This document shows positions 52,934 to 64,000 of a stretch of 64,000 bases of DNA, piece by piece. A program made the position numbers and the translations under genes. The stretch is from Azolla caroliniana (taxonomy: Eukaryota > Plantae > Polypodiophyta), in the NCBI GenBank assembly GCA_043228905.1, contig JBHGNT010000020.1, forward strand, positions 4,774,001 through 4,838,000, in the 5' to 3' direction. The notes beneath the pieces are model-generated. The model had not been told where the DNA came from. It did no database searches and saw nothing but the letters and a program-made list of their open reading frames with translations. Each line of letters opens with the position of its first letter. The first letter of the stretch is position 1.

Positions 52934-55900
52934 TCAAGCATTAAATAGAGAGACCTCCCCTAATATGTGCTGATGAACCTCTTGGGGGACCTTGTAGACA
53001 GTGTTGTATCCCTTAACCTTGTGCTTTGCTCGAGTCATATTGAATTTGATCGCAAGAATGGCATCAACGTAGATTATTGCGATCGGTGCTTCTTTTAGTA
53101 ATGCATATGTGTTCTTGCACTGCAGCAACTTTGCATAATAGTTTCCATACACGACAGACTCACCAAGGTTGAAATTGTTGCCCCAGCCATCCCTCACCAC
53201 TTCTTTCAATAATGTTTTGCCTTGCTTGCACACCATAATGTAGTAGTCTTCTAAATCTTCATTCTAAGGAGATTTGAGCACTGCAAAATGATCTCCAACT
53301 TCCAATAAAACTGCCAAGTCTTGATGTTGGTTGTAGTATACAATATCATTTGAATGCACATCCTCTTCAATATCATCTTGTCGTTCAGGCTCAAGCTTCT
53401 GCAACTTCCAGGGCTCGACGATTGATAGGTTGATGCATTTATCCCAGGCTTCATCTATACACATGGAACAAAACCCTAATACACAATGGGTGTTGCATGT
53501 GCCTTTCACGGTTTTACAACCATATGATTTAGTACTATCAACCTCATCAGCGCGAACTTCAACAAACAATCAGTTCTTATCATCATTTGACATCTTCCAT
53601 GTTAGCCACTGCACAACATCATGTGCATTTTGTAACTTAGCACCATTATTATCCAACTGCTCACTTGTAAGGGCACGTTTGATCACAGCCCCCGCGCCAT
53701 CATGCTCTCCTTTTCCATGTCCAGACCCGAAGGAGTTCCATTGCATACGAATGTTGAATAAGGAGAAATACCTGCTTTTGTATCTTAGGTTTCCAACAAA
53801 ATTAGTACTATGTTGTCAATCGAGAGTACTACACATCCATTAATACTGATTTAGCACAAATACAAAACAAAGCATAGCACAACGTATCCATTGAGAACAC
53901 TCTACACTTATTAAAAGATAAATAGTACTATGTTGTCAACCATGTGAACTTGGCATCCATTAATACTAATTTAGTATAGATACAACACAAAGCATAGTAC
54001 AATGAATTCATGGAAAGCACTCTACATGAATTAACAAATAAATAGTACAAACTCTTCAATATCAGATAGTACTATGTTGCTGATGACGAGTACTTTACAT
54101 TCATTACTACTTTAGTACAGATACAATACACAATACAGTACAATGTGTCCACAGAGAACACAACCCTCCTTAGAAGATAATTAGTACTACAACACATGTA
54201 CTTTACATCCCCCAATAAATACTGATTTAGTATAGATACAACATATAGTACAATACAGTGTGTTCATGGAGAACACTCAGCATGGATTAATAGATAAGTA
54301 GTACGAACTCTTGAATATAAGACAGTACTATGAGTACAAGACATGTACTTTACATCTTCCGATAATTACTGATTTAATATAGATACAACACCAAGTACAA
54401 TACAGTGTGTTCATGGAGAACACTCAACATTAATTAATAGATAATTAGTACAAACTCTTCAATCTAGGACAACACTATGAGTAAAAGACATGTACTTCGG
54501 TCAATACTATGAGTACAAGTTGAGTAAATACTGATTTAGTACAGATACAACACACAACATAGTACAATGTGTCTATGGAGAACACTTCACATGGATTAAA
54601 AGATAATTAGTACAATTCTCTTAAGGATGGACAATACTATGAGTACAAGACGAGTACTTTACATCCTTCTGTAAACACAAAATAGTACAGATACAACACA
54701 CAACATAGTACAATGTGTCTATGGAGAACACTTCACATGGATTAAAAGATAATTAGTACAATTCTATTAAGGACAGACAATACTATGAGTACAAGACGAG
54801 TACTTTACATCCTTCTGTAAATACTGATTTAGTACAGATACAACACATAACATAGTACAATGTGTCTATGGAGAACATTTCACATGGATTAAAGATAATT
54901 AGTACAATTCTCTTAAGGACGGACAATACTATAGAGTACAATACGAGTAATTTACATTCTTTAGTAAATACTGATTTAGTAAAGATACAACACACAACAT
55001 AGTACACTTTGTCTATGGAGAACACTTCACATGGATTAAAAGATAATAAACACAGATTCACGTGATAGGATAGTACTATTTGATCAATCAAGAACAGTTA
55101 ACTTAGTTACAAACAAAATTAGTATGCATGCATCCATGTGAATAGTGCTGTGTTCGAATAGTTACAAACATAATTAGTATGTATCCATGTGAATAGTACT
55201 GTGTGTGAATAGTTACAAACATAATTAGTATGCATGCACTAACACAAGAATTACTTCCTTACACATTGCATGATAAGTACTAAACATATGGATTAAAAAT
55301 TACCTGACGATAAAGTAGAATGATCGTGCCGCCTTAAACTACGAGGCAACACCATCAGACCAAACCCAATGACCGTTAAAGGTTAACCCTAGAGACAATA
55401 AATTTGCATGGTGAAGCTTAAAACAACGTTGAACAAATAGTGTATCATGTTTTTTATCATCTGAAATGTAAAATATTGATTTCTTATATAACTCACCGTC
55501 TTGCCTCCAATAGCAAATATGTACAAGTATTGTACATTGATCATTGTACCAATGCATTGATTGAACCTCATTTTGAACTTTAAATGTATAGTTTTCTGCA
55601 AAGTCAATAACAGATACGATGACACCCGTTGGTAAGTTATTAATACATTCCTTGAACTGTGAATTTTGCCAATAACTCCGAAAGTTATGTGGAATGAACT
55701 CCCCAAGTTGTTTCTTAAATTCTGAGACAAGGGTAGGAGCACATGTCTCCTTATATACTTCCTTGATATGCTTAGTTACAAGTCCCTTGCCAATATTTTC
55801 AGTCACATACTCTAAATATTTCCATTTCACGATATGACTATTTCCCAAATCAAGCTCCTGCCTACAAAATAATGGTACCGGACAAACCTTACATGTTCTT

Positions 55901-56075
55901 AATAGACATGTACGACGATGCCACTCACATGATGGTTCTTTTTCACAAACACAAGACCTCCATAGCTCAGAAACGGATGCATAAGTCATGTTTCATGCAT
56001 TACACCTATTATCCTCCCCATTTGGTCTACAAACCTCACAAGTGCAGACACATAAGTCCCCGTGTATACCCTTAG
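52934..56075 (-). pseudogene. DDD transposase copy A (Sola2-like), 5'-truncated, intron 53772-55303
   Basis: Reads IDFAENY...WSDGVAS*FKAARSFYFIV-R|YFSLF...SFGSGHGKGEHDGAG after splicing a phase-2 GT-AG intron. Has premature stops. The C-terminus aligns with ORF 61954-63456. Confidence 0.85.
53790..55250. repeat. ~146-147-bp satellite filling the intron of transposase A
   Basis: ACAGATACAAC register at 54541, 54687, 54834 and 54981, with more degenerate copies leftward. Confidence 0.9.
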
Positions 56076-56079
56076 AACC

Positions 56080-58005
56080 AGACAAAGAAAACTAGCAAAC
56101 ACCGGATGAAGCAGAACCGGAAAGAGCCGGATGAAGAAGGCCGGTGAGAGTCTCTCACTGGATGAAGAGACATATTTGTAAATAGAAGAAAGTATAAAAA
56201 TATATATATTACATGCATAGGGCAAGATTCGAACCTCGCACCTCCATGTTAAAAATGTTAAGCCTTATCATTATACTAGCGTATTATGAATTTTAAAGTT
56301 ATACTAAACTTTATCCCATGTAAAATTTCTAGACATGCATGGTACAAAAAGTTCTTCATGCATAGACACTCGAGTTAAAAGAAAAGATGAGATAGAAAGC
56401 TAATCATGCACATGCAGTGTGCATGAAAAGTAAAGATAGGAAAAGCATGATGCTTGCATGTGATAAACTTAGACTCTTCCAACACTATATAAGGAAGAGA
56501 GAAAGATGTATGGAGGTTGTTGATTATTTTACAAGGGGATTAATATAATATAATCGTGGGATCCACGAGTTTGCTACCTATTTTACTCTCTTAATTTGAG
56601 TACTCACTAATACACTATACTCGTGGGATTCACGAGTTTTTCATATCTTTCTTTCTTACAATATATTTCATATTCTTAATTGCCTTAGAATTTTCTTTCC
56701 TCCTAGTCCAAAACCCTAGCGGTTCCCACCCAGCTCACGCAACGATCCGGAGCCGTAAGGCACGACACAAGTGGTGAACCCGACGTGAACACGGGTGGCA
56801 AGGAGATGGAAAATCAACCGGAGGCTAACAACATGATGATGATGTTCGAGCGGATTCTTCAAGAACAACGTGCAATGTCGGAGATAGCGGTGGTAGTAGA
56901 GCGGCTCATGCAACGGATCGGGCAATTCAACGGGAAGGACGTATCGCGCTATCTTCGGGACTACAAGGCGGACTGCAAGTGGCATCCTTCAACCGGGTGG
57001 CTACCGACGGGCTTCAAGCAAGTATCCACGGGCTACGACAACAAAATCCGACGTGGGAAGCATTTGAAGAGGCGCTAAAGACCACGTTCGCTATCGAGGA
57101 CTCCTCCAAGGCAACGCGGAGAGGATTTGAGGATTGGGTGGAAACGCCGGACAAGGGTATGAAGGTCCTCGATGTGTTTTCGGCATTTGAAAGTCAGTTC
57201 GGGAGGTTGTCTGTGAGAGATCAAGCTATCCTCACACCGGACAAAGTTATCATGTTCTTACGAGCCGTAGACGTCTGGGACTGGAAGGATCTTGGAGTGC
57301 TTCTAGAGGACACGACTACCGAGAGTGGCCTCACCAAAACATGGGAAAGCGTGCGGGATATCGTCGCGCGATACACAAAGAGGGGACAATGGCTTGCCAA
57401 CGAAGAAAAGAGGGTTTCGGAACCGATTCCGAAACCGAGATCCGGATCGGAAGACCATCAACCGCGGGCTCGAGAAGCTACGACTGAGAAGGGAATCGAC
57501 GCAACTATGGTGGAGCAGTTGCTGAAGGAGATGGAGAATCTAAAATTCGCGATGGTGAAGAAGTCGGATGACCGTCCCACAAGTTCCAAGTATATGGACT
57601 GTCGATGCATATGGTACGATAGCACCGAACATGATCGGAGGGATTGCGACGAGCACAAGGAAGCGCTACGACAAGATCTTATCTACCACGAGGGAAATCG
57701 GATTCATTCGATGGACTCTTGGAAGCCGCTCCGACCGAACTTCTAAAAAGGCGGCATGAAGAAGGTCCTAGAGGAGGAAATAATGGCGAAGAGCAATTAC
57801 ACGACAACCGCGGGAATACGTGTCGGGGAGTCATCGGGAGCAAAGGTGTCTTTTTGGCCGGAAGTGCTAGAAAGCACCAAGAAAACCGACTCTAACGAGA
57901 TCCGAAGCACCGCCCGCGGAAGGCATCCAGGAAGCTACGGGATGGGAGTGCCCCGTGGATAAGAATAGTGTGTTTGCTTTATGCCAATTGCATGAAGTGT
58001 ATGTG
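56080..58005 (+). mobile_element. Gypsy 5' LTR (to 56768), tRNA-Trp PBS and gag, truncated
   Basis: The LTR ends GGCACGACA, followed by TGGTGAACCCGACGTGA, complementary to the plant tRNA-Trp 3' end. Gag FNGKDVSRYLRDY...C-x2-(C)-x4-H-x4-C. The LTR left edge is uncertain. Confidence 0.85.
56218..56281 (-). promoter_or_regulatory. tRNA-like A/B box module in LTR
   Basis: Minus strand TAGTATAATGA...GCGAGGTTCGAATCTTGC. Confidence 0.65.
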
Positions 58006-58354
58006 GGTGGAAGCATACGAGTGGAAACAATTAGCTATGTCCTTGACATAGCTAATTAGCTATGCAAAAAGCTACCATTGATAAATAGTCATTTTAGTAA
58101 AAAGCCATCATTAATAAATTAAGTATGCAAAAAACTACCATTGAAAATACTAGAGTGTTTTAATTACATATGTAAATGAGTGCCATAAATGTGCAACATA
58201 AATTGATGTGTGCACCATAAATGTGTACCATAAATTATATATCGAATTCCTAGGTCCATTATGCATGATCCTTTGCCACATCACGTAGGCCATCTCTAGT
58301 TGAGTACTGTGGGTTAGTTGCTACCACTGTTGCTAAACCCTATCGAGTCCACCT

Positions 58355-59150
58355 GCCGCCACTCTACACTGAGGGGCCGCTACTGTGCGTTCCAAGCATC
58401 ATCAAAGAGCTGCTCAATCTGACGGGGTTCTCTTCTCTGTGACACTCTACACTCAGGGGCCACTACTGTGCATTCCAAGCATCATCAAAGAGCTGTTCAA
58501 TCTGACGGGGTTCTCTTCTCTGTGCCACTCTACACTCAGGGGCCATTACTGTGCGTTCCAAGCATCATCAAAGAGCTGTTCAATCTGAGGGGGTTCTCTT
58601 CTCTGTGCCACTCTACACTCAGGGGCCATTACTGTGCGTTCCAAGCATCATCAAAGAGCTGTTCAATCTGAGGGGGTTCTCTTCTCTGTGCCACTCTACA
58701 CTCAAGGGCCGCTGCTGTGCGTTCCAAGCATCATCAAAGAGCTGTTCAATCTGACGGGGTTCTCTTCTCTTTGCCACTCTACACCCAGGGGTTGCTACTG
58801 TGCGTTCCAAGCATAATCAAAGAGCTATTCAATCTGACGGGGTTCTCTTCTCTTTTCCACTCTCACTCAGGGGCCGCTACTGTGCGTTTCAAGCATCATT
58901 GGTAACTGTTCAATCTGACGGGGTTCTCTTCTCTATGCCACTCTATTCTCAAGTGCCTTCTATGTGCGTTTCAAGCATCATCGGTAACTGTTCAATCTGA
59001 CGGGGTTCTCTCCTCCATTGCCATCATTCTATACTCAGTTGCCACTACTGTCCAGTTCCGGATTGCTTCCACATTTCGATTTGACGGAGTTCACTCATCC
59101 AACGGCAACATTCTACACTCAGTTGTTGCCATTGGTCGGTCTTGGATCGC
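58355..59150. repeat. 83-bp tandem array (~8 good copies, then degenerate) upstream of transposase B
   Basis: Near-identical ORF starts at 58385, 58468, 58551, 58634, 58717 and 58800. Confidence 0.95.
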
Positions 59151-59346
59151 CTCCTCAACTGTTGGATCCAACGGAGTGAAATCCTCTACTGTTCGGTCTT
59201 GGATTGCAATAACTTTTCTATCTATTGATTATCTTGTGTATTGTTGTGTCTAATCTTGTGTATTGTGTGGAATATTTTTGTGTATTGTTGTTGCCCATAG
59301 CCATCTTTAATACTTGTTTTTTTTTCTGGAAATTTAGGGTTTTAAC

Positions 59347-62300
59347 ATGTCTAGCCAAATGGAAGGGGAAGAAGGGTGTTTAGAATTACCCCTCAATGAT
59401 CATAAGGATAGGGATGATGTTATCAGGACACAACAAGCCATACGAAACTATTGGGCAGAAAAAAAAAGGAAACATCGTCAATTGTTGAAGGATACGAAAG
59501 CCACACTCAGTAAAGGTAAGGATAGTTTAGCTGAGAATGTAAGTAATGCGACTACCATCATAGAGAGAAAGGTTGTAGACTATTTCAATGTTCAAACCAA
59601 GCACATCAGCAATGAAGAAAAGAAGGTAGTACTTTATGGAATATGTAATGATCCATCGATAAAGGACTTAGTTGATTGTGATGGTCTTAATGCAAACATA
59701 TCATCTATTTTAGTAAATAATCTTCGTAATAGTTTCGTATCCATGAGCAGGTCAGAAGATGATCTTGTCTTAAAAAGGTCTAGTCTAATGATGTTACTTA
59801 ATAGTGATGTTGACGATATAAACATCAGTGAGCTATCTAAGGTAATTGGTGTTAGTAGAAAAACAGTGTACAATACAATGAACCGTATAATTTCCTCGGG
59901 TGAAGGAACTAGTCTACTAAAGCTAACTACAAGATGTAAGCCAATGACACCCATAACATTTGAAATCAAGGATGTAATCACAATGTTTTGGACTAATGAG
60001 AGTAGGGTTTCACCCAATAAAAAGGATTTATGCAGGAAACGTGTTGGAAGAAATCAATACGAGGAGCATCCCATTCATATTCTTGATGTACCTCAGGTAT
60101 TTACATTTATCTCAACATTTGTTTTGACTCTACTCGGAAAGTTAATTAGCTCAGTTAGCAGAAAAGCTAATTAGCTTATCAGTTACATTTACCTCAGTTA
60201 GCTAATAGGATCGCTACTACATAGGTAACTAGCTACTCTCAATAGTTACTACCATGATAGCTAATTAGCTATTCTCAATACCTCATTTAGGTACTACCAG
60301 ATAATTAGCTGTACTGCTAGCTAGTTAGCTATTTCGTTATTACTAGCTAATTAGCTACTAGGAAAGCTAATTAGCTACCATGATAGCTAATTAGCTACTA
60401 TGATAGCTACTACATAGGTAACTGGCTACTCTCAATAGCTACTACCATGATAGCTAATTAGCTATTCTCAATACCTCATTTAGGTACTACCAGATAATTA
60501 GCTGTACTGCTAGCTAGTTAGCTATTTCGTTATTACTAGCTAATTAGCTACTAGGAAAGCTAATTAGCTACCATGATAGCTAATTAGCTACTATGATAGC
60601 TACTACATAGGTAACTGGCTACTCTCAATAGCTACTACCATGATAGCTAATTAGCTATTCTCAATACCTCATTTAGGTACTACCAGATAATTAGTTGTAC
60701 TGGAAGCTAGTTAGCTATCATGGTAGCTAGTTTGTTATTTCGTTATTACCAGCTAATTAGCTACTAGGAAAGCTAATTAGCTACCATGATAGCTAATTAG
60801 CTTACTAGGATAGCTAATTAGCCACCGTGATAGCTAATTAGCTACTAGACCAGCTAATTTGCTACCATGATAGCTAATTAGTTAGGATAGCTAATTAGCC
60901 ACCATGATAGCTAATTAGCTACTAGACCAGCTAATTAGCTACCATGATAGCTAATTAGTTACTAGGACAGCTAATTAGCCACCATGATAGCTAATTAGCT
61001 ACTAGACCAGCTAATTAGCTACCATGATAGCTAATTAGTTACTAGGAAAGCTAATTAGCCACCATTATAGCTAATTAGCTACTAGACCAGCTAATTAGCT
61101 ACCATGATAGCTAATTAGCTACTAGACCAGCTAATTAGCTACCATTATAGCTAATTAGTTACTAGGAAAGCTAATTAGCCACCATGATAGCTAATTAGTT
61201 ACTAGGAAAGCTAATTAGCCACCATGATAGCTAATTAGCTACTAGAGCAGCTAATTAGCTACCATGATAGCTAATTAGCTACTAGGACAACTAATTAGCT
61301 ACTAGGACAGCTAATTAGCTACCATGATAGCTAATTAGCTACTACGACAGCTAATTAGCTACCATGATAGCTAATTAGCTACTAGAATAGCTAATTAGCT
61401 ACCATGATAGCTAATTAGCTACTACGACAGCTAATTAACTACCATGATAGCTAATTAGCTACTAGGACAACTAATTAGCTACTAGGACAGCTAATTAGCT
61501 ACCATGATAGCTAATTAGCTACTAGAATAGCTAACTAGCTACTAGAATAGCTAATTAGCTACTAGGATAGTTAGCTAGTTACGAGAATAACTAATTCCCC
61601 TTTATTACGCAGGTCGATTTATTTATTAGGTTCAAACGAATGCATCCAACTATCAAAGTTCAACTACGAACATTCGAGTCTCTTAAGCCACACTTTGTGA
61701 GACGCTTAAAGGATCGATACACATGTTGTTGCATTTACCATGTACAGATGGGTTTTCTGAAGGACTCTGTTAATCTACTACGTCACCATAGCGCATCCCT
61801 AACTAATACAGTTTGCAAATGTGGGTGCCCAATCTGTCGATCAAGCCCGCAAGAGGAGTGTAAATCATCTGAGCACGTTATCTCTTCCATGAGTTATTTA
61901 TTAGATTCAATATTGTGTCCGAGAGAAACTGACGCTATCTTCCATATTCATAAATGTGTCATGGGTTTATATGTCAAGATTGTGGCCCTACTAGATTTAG
62001 GTGGTGTCCAAATGAATTGAGTAGTGAAATATTGATCTCTGTGAAGTTATTTGAGTCAGTGAACACCAATTTCGAAGGAAATGTGTGTAAAAGAAAGGAT
62101 CTAGTTCGGAAGATGCTTAAACCAAGGGATTTGGTGTCTCTGTTTGTAGTATCTCTAGGAAAGTTCATTAAACACAACTTCATTTATTCATGGCAGGCCC
62201 ATCAGTTTAAGACTTGCATATCTGATTTCCCAAATGATGTAGTAGTCTCAGTAGTAGATTTCGCAGAGAATTATACTTTCAAGCAGCAGAATGAAATTCA

Positions 62301-63456
62301 ATCTATGCATTGGTGTTCAGTTCAGGTAACCATTTTTGTGCACATAACATATTTTCGAGTTTCAGGTGATGTTAAAAAAGTAATTCATTTCTTTATTTCC
62401 GATGATAAGAAGCATGATACCTTGTTCGTCCAACACTGTTTTAAGTTACATTGGCAGTGGTTATTAGCTCAACGTTTGGAGCTTACTCAACATTGGGTCT
62501 GGTCTGACGGAGCTGCGTCACAATTCAAGGCTCGACGTCCATTTTATTTTGTGGGGAGGTATCCTACTATAACAGGTTTGGAGATGAGATGGAATTTTTT
62601 TGGGTCTGGCCATGGTAAAGGTGAACATGATGGTGCAGGGGCTGTTATAAAGCGGGCACTTACCCATGAACAACTAAAGACAGATGGTGTGCACATGAAT
62701 TGTGCATCACATTTAGTTGAATTTTTAAGAACAAATATGTCAACGAGTGCCACAGGTGTTTATTCCTCGCAAGTCCGAGATATCAAACGTGAATTTTGGG
62801 AAGTGAAGATAGATGAAGTAAATAGGGAGAAGACCTGGGAGTGCCAAGGAATTCCCGAATTGCGATCTCTGCATGCTGTTCGCGGTTATTCCAGGTTGGA
62901 TGGTCATTGTATTGCGGTTAGAGAATTGACTTGTTTTTGCTTCCATTGTGTGCAGGGAAATTGGAGATATTGTCTAAACAAAGCATACATTCAGAATTGG
63001 GAGTATCACACTCTGAATGATAAGGAAGCAGTTGATGGAGAAACAGGGCAGAATGCTGACTTCACATATGAGGGACTTGGAGATACTTTGAGTGATGTCC
63101 TGAACGTTGGGGATAACTTCGCTGTAAATGCTGAAGAAGGCAATTCAGAGGGTGCTGATTTCTATATATTAAAGTGCACGGTTAGTAAACAGTGTGCAAG
63201 GCAGAATATTGTAGATGCATGGGGAAATTTTGTATCTGCCGGGACATTCTACATCGAAGGCATTTTTTATGCAAAACTAGATGACTACGAATATGTGTAC
63301 AGGCTGTTAGAAGACAAACCAGCGGCGTATATGTACTCTCATTTGGTCAGATGCATCAACGTCCCAATGTCAGAATACAATAGCTGCTCCGGTTTATACA
63401 CTGTTGGTGCTAATGTGTATGAATGTATTTACAATAGTATGCCATGGAATTTGTAG
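59347..63456 (+). CDS. DDD transposase copy B (Sola2-like), ~863 aa after splicing and repair of one 2-bp frameshift
   Basis: Exon 1 59347-60096 (HTH-like ISELSKVIGVSRKTVY). Phase-0 GT-AG intron 60097-61612. Exon 2 has FESLKP...TCCCIYH, Cys clusters, DFAENY, SDGAASQFK and HGKGEHDG. Frameshift at ~61970. Confidence 0.85.
60140..61595. repeat. Palindromic AGCTAATTAGCT minisatellite (21-bp unit; ~193-bp higher-order repeat x3) filling the intron
   Basis: Alternating CTACCATGATAGCTAATTAGC / CTACTAGACCAGCTAATTAGC units. TACATAGGTAAC register at 60218, 60411 and 60604. Confidence 0.95.
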
Positions 63457-63935
63457 CTACAAGTAGCACTTACCATGTTCTCTTGTAAAACAAACATGTA
63501 TTTCGCGAAAACAGATCAATAAATTCGTTTGGAATCAATTTCTTGTATACAGTCTGCTTTCTGTGCTTCTTTCTCAATAAAATCATGTCTTTTTTGTTAA
63601 GTTTTAAGTTATAAGTTATAGCGAAATAGTCATTAGTAGCTAATTAGCTGTACAAATGCAGCTAATTAGCTGTACAAATGTATTTACAATAGTATGCCAT
63701 GGAATTTGTAGCTACAAGTAGCACTTACCATGTTCTCTTGTAAAACAAACATGTATTTCGCGAAAACAGATCAATAATTCGTTTGGAATCAATTTCTTGT
63801 ATACAGTCTGCTTTCTGTGCTTCTTTCTCAATAAAATCATGTCTTTTTTGTTAAGTTTTAAGTTATAAGTTATAGCGAAATAGTCATCAGTAGCTAATTA
63901 GCTGTACAAATGCAGCTAATTAGCTGTCAATAGCT
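63424..63935 (+). repeat. ~255-bp tandem duplication of transposase B stop codon + 3' UTR
   Basis: TGTATTTACAATAGTATGCCATGGAATTTGTAG at 63424 and 63679, each followed by AATAAA. Confidence 0.9.
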
Positions 63936-64000
63936 AAATAGTCATCAATAGAATGAAATCAACAATCTGCAACATATTCCTCAAATTACACAGTAGATAA

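Larger units (their letters stand above)
40881..56075. mobile_element. Putative large DNA transposon A (cargo gene + DDD transposase), right end lost
   Basis: Abrupt break of Gypsy RT at ~40880, followed by the palindromes TTTTGGCCAAAA and AATTTAGTACTAAATT. AGTACT-rich repeats run throughout. Convergent cargo and transposase genes. No paired TIR is visible. Confidence 0.5.

Noticed and set aside
58355-59150. CRISPR-like array or repeated small ORFs (MRSKHHQRA...)
   Set aside because: Head-to-tail repeats with no unique spacers. The unit length is not a multiple of 3, so the ORFs are repeat artefacts.
52934-63456. Copies A and B as arms of one giant inverted repeat
   Set aside because: They are clearly diverged at protein level and have different introns and satellites, so they are separate elements joined through a Gypsy fragment.

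Overview
Repeat-dense plant heterochromatin; a fern or other non-seed plant is inferred from the TE families. No host housekeeping gene is recognisable. Bases 1-40.9 kb are a multi-level nest of decayed Ty1/Copia and Ty3/Gypsy elements, most resolvable to the base through LTRs, PBS/PPT and target-site duplications (TSDs). Bases ~40.9-64 kb hold two divergently oriented, diverged copies of a spliced DDD transposase (DFAENY / SDG-x3-QFK / HGKGEHDG, recalled as Sola2-like). Their ~1.5 kb introns lie at different positions and are built from element-specific palindromic satellites. One copy sits next to a spliced coiled-coil + RING cargo gene. Most notable: (1) six Gypsy LTRs from two lineages carry antisense Pol III A/B boxes at tRNA spacing near the LTR 5' end; (2) two separate TSD-flanked insertions end in inverted U3 copies, consistent with snap-back reverse-transcription products, one a MITE-like 590 bp unit; (3) the satellite-intron transposase system; (4) a 4-bp-TSD Gypsy LTR family, linked to a tRNA-Trp PBS, that hits CG-centred sites; (5) a Tf1-style self-priming signature.
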